Shown piece after piece: positions 54,641 through 64,000 of a stretch of 64,000 nucleotides of DNA (the stretch's first letter is position 1; every line of letters begins with the position of its first letter). The notes below the pieces were generated by a model. The model saw only the letters and a program-made list of their open reading frames with translations, was not told the DNA's origin and ran no database searches. Source of the stretch: the human T2T-CHM13v2.0 reference genome, Homo sapiens. The position numbers and the translations under genes were made by a program. The stretch lies in NCBI RefSeq assembly GCF_009914755.1, contig NC_060940.1, one strand, 5' to 3'.

Positions 54641-56200
54641 ATATAGTTTATCATTGTGTAAGACACATGGAACATAGTAGGTGCTCACTAAATTGTAGCT
54701 GTTGTTCATTTCTAGAGTTCTCCACCTAACAGTGGGAATGAAATTGTAGGCACTTATGGACTGTTCTTGCAGGGATAACCTTTACAAGAGGTGCCTTAAT
54801 GGAGATGAAGCAATTTTGGATTAAGATAGATCTTTATGGAAAAAAATAAATGAAAATGACAGTAATACATTTGGTAAATCTGTGCAGATGCACAAGACAT
54901 ATTTTATGATGTAATGGGGATTTAAATGTGAATTTCAGCTCCAGAAAAAGGAAAGCATTGATTCTTTTGAAGGGGACTGGGGCTAGAAGAGAGGAAACTG
55001 TGACTCTCTGGAGACTTTCTAACCTGACGATAGCCAGCATCTTTTCTGCTGTATCTGATGTCATAGCCAAGGGCATGCCCTATTATTCTCCAGTGATTAT
55101 AAGCTATAAAGCTATGTTTTGTCTCACCTTTGTTTATCAGCCTGGGCAATGGGCATGGTGAGAGCCTAGGTTTATCTTACAGGCCTATTGCTCCTTAGAG
55201 AAGAAAAGAGGAAGAGAAGTAAGGAGGAGTTTCAGATTCTTATTGGTTTAGCCAAGCACACAAAGATGGTATCAAGCCTCCAGAACAGCTGAGCCATCAC
55301 CCCAGACCACAGCCATTGAGAGCACAATTGGCACCCTCAACTTCCAATAGAACTCTTGTATTCTAGGCAAAGCTTCTTAAGTACTACCCAGAATCCACTT
55401 CAATAGAGAATGTGAAGTTCAGCTACCCAGCAACATCCATCATTGATCTGCCCTGTGAGAAATCAGGTGGAAACCGTACACTGGACTTAGCAGAAAAAAT
55501 AGATGCATGCACAGGTTTTGGATTCAGGAAGACCTGAGTTCGGATCTGAACTCTGAAACTTTCTTGCCAGGTGTGTGAACTCTGACAACTAAATTTAGCT
55601 GTTTGGAGGCCCAGTTCCTTCATTTATGATACGGGATTAACATATATTTTTATATCATAGTTGTAAGTTTTTATTATTAACCACCACCCTGGTTTGAAAG
55701 AGTCAAGACTTGAGATGAATTGGCCAGCTCATTGAAAATAAATTTGCAAGCTTGATAGAGGATGTGAAGTTCAACTATCCAGCAAAATTCATCATTGATC
55801 TGCCCTGTGAGAAATCAGATGGGAATGGTGCACTGGACCGAGCAGGAAAAAAAAAATGGTTTTGAGCCCTGACCCTATTGCTAACTTAATGTTTGATGTT
55901 AACTGTGTCCTTCCCATCCTCTGGACCTCTATTTCCTCATCTCTAAAATCCCTTCTGTGATCTCTGTTGTTCCAGCAAAATCTGGGCACCAATGTTATGA
56001 CTCAGCCAAGGTCCCAGAGTGAATCAGCAAAGGCCAAGGAAGGACCAGTATCCCAATCTGGAGCTTTTTCCAGAGCTTTAAACAATGCCCTGCAAAAACC
56101 AGCTTAGCACTCATTTCATGCTGGGCATGATGGAATGTGCTGTGGTGGAGAGATGATGGTATGGAGATAAAACAAACAAACAACAACAACAACAAAACAA

Positions 56201-56543
<343 letters not shown>

Positions 56544-57392
56544 TTACAATTGAGCTGATGAAACACAAACAGAAACCACATCATTTACCAGTTTCCCCAA
56601 AATCCTCTTCCTGCACATCTCATCACTCCATTTGTAGAAAGAAGCCCTATGAGCTCAGAACAGGCCTGTGGTTGAGCAGCTTCCACTCTGCCTCTCTGCT
56701 GATTCCTGCAGCTCTGCTCTTTCTCCTACTCTGGGCCTTGCACGTGCTGTTCCTACCACCCTCTTCTAATCTGCTTGCTTGGCTCATTCCTTTCAGAACT
56801 TAGTTCAGATCTCCCCACCTCCAGGAAGTCTTCCTTGATTCCCCAGAGTTGGGGTAGGTACTGCTTTTCAGTGCTCCCAGGGCCCCAGGATGCTCCTAGT
56901 GTAGCCCTTACTGGGAAGTGTTGTAGTTACTTGGTTTCTAATCCGTCTTCCACTCTGCACTGAAATTCCATGAGAAGAAAGAAGTTCAGTACCTGGGACA
57001 TAGTTGGAGCTTCTTAAAATTGTTTATTCGCTACATTGCAGGGTTAAGCTTTGAAGAATGGGTAGGAATCAAATGGGAAGGGGGAAATGAACAGCATCCT
57101 TTAGGCATTGGGATGGAAACACATGCTTAAGTGTATGTGTGGGGTGGGGGTAACAAGTGACAGGGAATGTACAGTGTGGGGGCCGGAGCCATCTTTGGCT
57201 GAGCAGACCTTCTAGCCCACTGGCTTGATCTTAGTCCCCAGGGGTCTTCAGATTCTCCATGAGATGCACAATGGAGAAGCCTCCATCCCTGCCACATTTC
57301 CCTCAAGCATTTCCCAAGATTTGTTCTGGGTACTCACCTGTCCAGCAGCTGCTATTAGTGTTCAGACATTCTTGGGGGTCCATCTTCTAGGA

Positions 57393-57577
57393 CAGGAGTC
57401 AGCGAACTTTTCTGCAATAGGACAGAGAGTAAATATTTTCAGGTTTGTAGGCCATGCAATTTCTGTAGTGAGTATGCCAATCTTATTAAAGCATGAAAGC
57501 AACTATAGACAATGTACAGACAAATGGGTGTGGCTATATTTCACTATAACTTTATTTACACAAACAGGCAGTGGGCC
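57393..57577 (-). mobile_element. MER58A (partial)
   Basis: caggagtcagcgaacttttctg…gtaaatatttt…aaatgggtgtggct…ctttatttacacaaacagg. Confidence 0.8.
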
Positions 57578-57579
57578 CT

Positions 57580-58235
57580 TTTCCACTATGCCTGAGTTTA
57601 TACTAATGAGATGATTCAGAGTGGAGCCCCTAGATAGCTTCAGAATGGGGGCTGGGCACCAAAAAGACTACATGTGATTGTGTTGGGGGAGACTTTCATC
57701 CCTACTCACTGATGTCTGGGGGTGGGGAGGGGGACTGAAGATTGAGTTATAAAAACTCTTAATCAGTGAGATTCAGGGAACCTCTGGGTTGGTGGACACA
57801 TTGATGTGCTGAGAGGGTGGTGCACTTGGGGAAGGCAGGCAAGCTCTATGCCACCCCATCATTCCCATACCTTGCCCTGTGCAATCTTTCATTTGCTTAT
57901 TCCTGATACGTACCCTTTATAATAAACCAGCAAATGTAAATAAAGTGCCCTTCTGAGTTCTGTGTCATTCTAATGATTATTGAACCTGATGGAAGGTTGT
58001 GGGAACCCCTGAATTTGTAGTTGTCTGGGCAGCAGTGTAGGTAACTTGGACACCCGATTTGTGGCTGGTGTCTGCACTGGGGGCAGTCTTGAGGAACTAA
58101 GCTCTTGAGCTGTGGGGTCTGCACTAATTCTGAATAGTTAATAGTTAGTCAAAATAGAATTGAATTGTTAGACACCGAGTTGGTGTCAGAGAATTGGTTG
58201 GGTTGGAAAAAAAAAAACAAAAAACATGTGATGCC
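57580..58235 (+). mobile_element. MER21-like LTR
   Basis: cccctagatagcttcagaatgggggctgg…cctttataataaaccag…gagttctgtgtcattcta…ttggtgtcagagaattgg. Confidence 0.8.
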
Positions 58236-58609
58236 TTTGTAGGCCAGAATTTACCAACCTCTGCTTTATGGAAATGGTAGCATCATCTGAGAACAGGCAG
58301 CCCCTTCCCAAAGCCTCCAAATGTGCAGGAGTGGTTGCGGGCTTCTAGCTCATTCATGTTTGACAATTATTGAGCATCTACTATGTGGCAGGCACTGTGC
58401 AACCTGCTGGGCGTGTCATGGTAATCAAGATAGAAGAGATTCCTGTCCAGATGAAAGGCAAATTCTAGCAAACAAGGCCCGCAATAAGAAAATAAGAAAA
58501 CAAAAGAACATTTCAGATCGTGATGGATTCCAGGAAGGGCATTTGTAGGGGATGTGATAGCACATAGTGTGTGCATGTGGGTGGGTTTGGGGATGCTGCT
58601 GTAGATACC

Positions 58610-58961
58610 TGTATTAATCTGTTTTCACACTGCTGATAAAGACATACCTAAGACTGGGCAATTTACAAAAGAAAGAGGTTTAATTGACTTACAGTTTCAC
58701 ATGTCTGGGGAGGCCTCACGATCATGGTGGAAGGCAAGGAGGAGCAAGTCACATCTTATATGGATGATGACAGGCAAAGAGAGCTTGTGCAGGGAAACTC
58801 CTATTTTTAAAACCATCAGATCTCATGAGACTTATTTACTATCACAAGATCAGCATGGGAAAAACCTGCCCCCATGATTCGATTACCTCCCACCGGGGCC
58901 CTCCCACAACACGTAGGAATTCAGGATGAGATTTGGATGGGGACACAGCCAAACCATATCA
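58610..58961 (-). mobile_element. THE1B-like MaLR solo LTR inserted in an L2
   Basis: tgtattaatctgttttcacactgctgataaagacatacc…ggacacagccaaaccatatca; TSD a(t/c)acc. Confidence 0.93.
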
Positions 58962-59289
58962 ACACCTATGGGCAGGGAAGATGGTCTGTGAAGTTGACAT
59001 TGAACGGAACCTCGAATAATGAGAAGGAGCGGGCCATAGGAGGAGCAGGAGGAAGAGAATTCTTGGAAGATGGAACAGCATATGCAAGATCACCCAAACT
59101 GGTAATAACCTGGCAGGTTCTAGGAGCTGAAAAGAGACCAGTGTGGGTGGAGTAAGTTTGTGAAATTTGTCTTTGGTTGAATGAGAGGACTCTCTACTCC
59201 ATTGGCAGGACACAGCTATTTCCTTTAACAAGAAGGCATTGTGGGTGTATCTGTCATTTTCCCCTTTGGATTACATGAGAAAAATTATG

Positions 59290-59540
59290 ATTGCTAATAT
59301 TTGTTGGCTACTGTGCCATGTTAAGTGCTTTATTTTAATGATGTCTTTAAAGCCCAACAACAACTTTATGAAATATGGGCTATTATTTTTATTTCCATTT
59401 TGTAGTAGGGGAAACTAAGGCACAGAAGAATTTAATTAACTTGCCCCAAACACAGTTAGGCAGATCTGGGATTTGAACTGGCAGATTTGGGATTTGAACC
59501 CAGGAGTACAGATGACTATGCTCTCAGCTGCTAAACTATT
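59290..59540 (-). mobile_element. MIR with a small internal duplication
   Basis: ggaaactaaggcacagaag…; ggcagat(c/t)tgggatttgaac present twice. Confidence 0.75.
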
Positions 59541-59959
59541 CAACTATTTTCTTTGATTATGTTTCCCTCAGCCTCTTTGGGGGTAATGTATTTTCTCAAG
59601 TTCCCTGAAGTTGAGAGTCTGAGGAGGTTATACTAATAGTGGTAATACCTATTTCACTGACTGGCATCTCATCTGTGTAATGAAGGTCTTTGGGCTCTCC
59701 CTGCACTAGGCAAATTCTCACCCATAGAGTTTCACATAAACTCCCAGATAGTCCTCTCAGAGTGTGTATACTCCAAGTCCCTTTTCAGTGGCTATGTCTC
59801 ACCAGCTCCCGCTGGAGCCATCTTGACAAATGCGTGAAGTCAAGGGTGGTGTCAATGGGTACTCCTCAAAGCTGGCAATCTGCAACACAGCAACAACATC
59901 AAAACGAGCCAGCACTTAGCAGATCCTTTCTCTATACCCATAAAAGCACCCTCCATGTA

Positions 59960-60130
59960 ATAATTCATTTATCCCTCATAGTAAGCTTAGGAGGTAATCA
60001 CTATTAATATACCCATTTTACAGATGAGAAAACCAAGGGGCAGACACATGAAGTAACTTGCCCCAAGTTGATTAGAAGAAGCAGAGCCAGGATTTGAATC
60101 CAGGTCATCTAGCCCAGAGCCTGCAGTCTG
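59960..60130 (-). mobile_element. MIR
   Basis: cccattttacagatgagaaaac…gaagtaacttgccc…ggatttgaatccagg. Confidence 0.8.
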
Positions 60131-61449
60131 GTCCTACCGGATAATGCTGCATTCCCACTGTCATTCCTGAGCAGAAGCCACACTGCAGGCTGTGCCAAAA
60201 TGACTCAAATGCTGCTCTCTGCCTGCATGTGCCCCACTTTGTCCCAGAGCCCCCAGAGCTGTATTGTCAGAGCCCCTCAAGTCTCACAGACACTCCTCAG
60301 CATCCCTCTCCTCAGGGCTCAGACACTAGCCGTGAAGCCTTTTTCTCAGATAGAACCCTTGTTACCTCAAACAAACGAACAATAAAAACTCCTGCAAAAT
60401 CTGCCCACTTGACCGATCATTTTCTCGGTGTCCTTTTTCTTTGCAGAGAGGCTGGAGCCTATCAGAGAGAATATTTATTTACCCAAATCTCTGAGAAGCC
60501 CTGCATTCAGTCTGCCTATTTTTTTTCCTCCTTCAAATGGGCATTGTTCAATTGCAAACATCAGAAACTGGCTTTTGAAGCCAAAATTATATCCTAAGAC
60601 CAATACTGATTTTATGCTACAAAAGATTTCTAGGAGAGCTGCAGTAAGCATTTCATTTTCTCATGGGTTAGGATAGGAAAAGGACCAAGAGAGTCCATCC
60701 CCTGAGGTTTTGACCTGAAGGTCAGATCTCTCACTGGGTGAAGGCTTTGAAATCAAAGCAAAGTGGAGTGTGGGTGGCAAGGCAGGAGGTGAAAGCCTGG
60801 AAGCTTTCTGCAAATACTACCTGTAGCCCAAGCAAGCACCAACTCCTGATAATCTTCATCACTGTAATGAAGTGTAAAACCTGAAGGAAGGATTTGTTAG
60901 GATGCACCCGGCAGGATCTGAGATCTTGGGTGCTGAAGGCCAGGTTTCAAGGCCTCTGCTGTTGGGAAGGTGACAGGAGGCAGAGAACACTTAAAGAGGC
61001 CCAAAACTCCCCGGGGCCAGCAAATTTCCTCATGATTCTGTTCACTTCCTGATGGGCTACTCACCTTTTATGTGCATCTTTCAGTAGTAAAGAATGTGTT
61101 CCTCTTCTCACATCATCTTGCCACAATCAATTTCATCAACTGTGCCTTGCTCAAGCCTCTGCCAAGAAGAAACTTCTTTAGAATCCTTGGGTGAAAAATT
61201 AGGCTCAGTTGTTTGTCTGAAGGCTGGCAAATTTCACTGTCTCCCTGCAGACAATACATCAAACACAGCTACAAATGGACTTCAAACACAAGCGTAATGA
61301 ATTGTCCACACACTTAGGACTTGGAGCTGAGCTTGCAGCTCAAACTGAGTTTCACAGGCATTTTCCTCTACAGCATTTGGAGCATTGCAGGCCTCAGTGG
61401 AGACATCAAAAGAAAGCTGTGCCTTAGGGCGTCAAAATCCTCATGCACA

Positions 61450-62040
61450 TCTGGTATGACTCAGCAATTCCGCTCCTAGGTGTCTACCCTAGAGATTTGA
61501 GAACATATGTCCACACCAAAACTTGTACATAGAATCATGGCAAAATTCTTCATAATAGCCAAAAAAAAAAAAAAAAAAAAAAAAACACTGGAAACAGTAG
61601 AAACACCCATCAAATGGCAAATGGATAAACAAAATGTGGTATATCCACACAATGGAATTCTACTCAGCAATTCAAAGGAACAAGCTACTGATACGTGCAA
61701 TGACATGAATGAACCTCGAAATAAAACAAAACAAACAACAAACCATATGAAACATCATGGGAAAAGCAAGTTAGAAAAGACACAATGTATGGTTCTATTT
61801 ATGTGAAATTTCTAGAAAAGGCAAAATTAAAGAGTCAGGAAGCTGATCAGAGGACATTGGGATTGGAGCTATGAATTAACAACAGTTAGGCAAGAAGAAA
61901 TTTGGCAGGTGATAGAAGAGTTCTAAAACTGGATTGTGGTGATGGTTGCACAACTGTAGAAATTGCTAAAACTCACTAACCCATACAATTACAATAGGTA
62001 CATTTTATAGTGTGTAAGTTATACCTTAATAAAAAGACAT
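61450..62040 (+). mobile_element. L1MB-type 3' region
   Basis: tatgactcagcaattcc…ctcctagg…atggataaacaaaatgtggtatatccacacaatggaa…ggattgtggtgatggttgcacaac…aataaa. Confidence 0.85.
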
Positions 62041-62119
62041 GACAACTAAAAAGCCTCTCAATTTCCTTCTCTCCTCCTTTCCCTTCCTTCCTTCCTTCAT
62101 TCTTCTCTCCCTCCCTCTT

Positions 62120-62930
62120 TCCATTCTTCTCCAAACATTTACTAAACCTCACAAATGTACCCAGCCCTGTGCTTGGCACTGCAGTCATTCATTTCTCCAT
62201 GCAGCAAATATTTATTGAGCACCTACTAAGTCCTAGGCACAGGCTTGGGGACTGGGGATACAGTCATGAATAAAGTCCCTGTCCTGATGGAGCATACATT
62301 TTAATGGAGCATACATTTTAATGGAGCAGAGAGACAGATATAAATATCATATTAGGAAGCCATGTGTGTTTTGAATAGAGAAGGACTAGAGAGTGATAGT
62401 GATGGTCATTTGGGATGGAGTGGGGAGGGCCTAAGGAGGTGGCACTTGTGAAGCAGCCTGAAGGAATTGAGAAAGCTGTGTAAGTATTTGGGAGAAGAGC
62501 AGACAGAGGGAATGGCCAGTGCAAAGCTCTGAGATGGGGACTTGCTCCGTGTGTCTGAGGAATGGCAGGGAGGCCAGTGTGGCTGGAGGAGAGGAAGCCT
62601 GAGGGCAGAGAGGGAGGCAGGGGCCACGTCACAAGAGCCTTGTATGTCATTGTAAGGACTTTGGGCTTTATTGTAAGAATGATGAGAAAACACTGGAAGT
62701 TCACAGGAAGATGAGACCTAAGCTGACTTCTGTTTGAAAAGATCACTCTGAATGCAGAAAACACAGATCAAAGGGGATTGAGATGGTGCATGCAGGCTGT
62801 TAGAAGGCTGATGTCTGGGTGGGACAAGATGGTGGCTCGCACTAGACTGGTACTAATGGACGAAGGGAGATATGCTCAGAAATGACATCTGTTTTGGAGA
62901 TAAGACCGACAGGATTTGGAAATAAAGAGC
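62120..62930 (-). mobile_element. L2 (two fragments)
   Basis: caaatatttattgagcacctacta…tgcaaagctctgag…aaaagatcactctg. Confidence 0.8.
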
Positions 62931-62994
62931 TGAGAAGCTCACAAGAATTAATAGCCTAGTGGAGGAAACAGAGATGTCAGGATAGTGGCTATAA

Positions 62995-63235
62995 TGAACA
63001 TTTATTAATTATTTGCTCCATGCCAGGCATTCTGCTAAACACAAGTTTTGATTCTTATGGTAACTATAAGGTAGAAGTTATCAATTTTTCCATCATTTTA
63101 CAGATGGGAGAATTGAGGCCCCAAGAGATTAAACAATTTGGCCAGTGTCAGGCAGCTGGTAAGTAGTAGAGTTGGGATTTGAACCCAGGCAACCCAATTC
63201 CAGATGCTGCTCTCTTAACCACTCTGCCACACTAG
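62995..63235 (-). mobile_element. MIR
   Basis: cattttacagatgggagaattgaggccc…gggatttgaacccaggc…tcttaaccact. Confidence 0.85.
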
Positions 63236-63819
63236 CTATATGTATGCAATTAGCTATACTAATTGATATGGTAAAAGCATGCCCTCGTGTGTGGATGTGG
63301 GGTCTCGATGAAGAAGGCAGAGAGGGCTTCCTGGAGAGGGAGAACTTGAACTGTGACTTGCAGAGAGAACAAGGGTTCTGCAGGAGACAGGCAGGGGAAC
63401 AGCATGTGCAAAGACATTGGGCATTAACAAGTTTGGCATGAAGCTAACACTGCATATTATCAACAAGACCGGAGTATAGAATATCTGAGAAATAAGTTTG
63501 GAGAGGGAGGTCAGGGGAAGACCCTGAAGGGCCTTGTGTGCCTGGCCAAGGAGTTTGGAATACATCCAAGAGGCCAGTGTTTCTCTAAATAGTAGATGCA
63601 TGACCCAGGGGCTAAGCAAACTGATTATAGGTGATACACAGGCAGGCACTATTATTTGGATAGTTATGGGTTACTAATCTATTTATCTTAACATGAATTT
63701 AAAAAATATATAATTAGTCCACCTAACCTGTGATTTCATAGATACTGCCTAGGATGAGAGAAATTTTTTTTTTTTCAAAACAGTTGAAAGAAAGATGTTA
63801 CAACATTCATGTTACAATT

Positions 63820-64000
63820 GGGAGATTATTCATGCTACATTGTTTGTGACATTCAAAAGATTGGTAACCACCTCAATGCCCATCAGTTGGGGACTGGTTG
63901 AAGAATGGGACAAGTGAATTCAAAGCAGCTTTAAAGAAAATGAAGAAGCTTTTTATATTCTAATATAGAACAAGCTCTAAGATATAATGTTAAGTTATAA
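63820..64000 (+). mobile_element. L1ME-type fragment running off the window
   Basis: cattgtttgtga…caaaagattgg…aatgcccatcag…ggggactggttgaa. Confidence 0.55.

Noticed and set aside
55403-55851. Direct repeats as the LTRs of a miniature retroelement (TRIM-like)
   Set aside because: No TG…CA termini, primer-binding site, polypurine tract or TSD; the spacer contains a MIR.
62318-63649. 148-aa and 131-aa minus-strand ORFs
   Set aside because: Both fall in degraded L2 sequence and have no intact RT or endonuclease motifs.

Overview
Primate (human-like) non-coding euchromatin dominated by interspersed repeats: about 20 Alus, many MIR and L2 relics, old L1 fragments, MaLR/ERV solo LTRs and DNA-transposon MITEs. 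I find no credible protein-coding exon. The ORF-track entries are repeat-derived or chance ORFs, apart from an L1 ORF2 C-terminal remnant. The one gene-derived feature, which the ORF track misses, is an apparently full-length processed pseudogene of SNRPE (Sm-E) on the minus strand (CDS 20267..19989, single nonsense codon at position 42), inserted into an L2. The most unusual pattern is a set of short locally copied segments with no poly(A) or TSD: 32327-32547 to 38304-38518, 32091-32184 to 34705-34799 (inside an MLT1A LTR), 55403-55499 and 55755-55851, a duplication/inversion/duplication scar at 21392-21640, and an unexplained ~157-bp insert inside a THE1D LTR. Also present are a near-perfect 23-bp x 7.3 minisatellite inside an ERVL LTR, a twin-primed (5'-inverted) L1, a closely spaced inverted Alu pair, and several repeat-free, motif-rich islands that may be enhancers. 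Repeat subfamily names come from recalled consensus sequences and boundaries of old repeats are approximate. I found no evidence of a novel protein-coding system.
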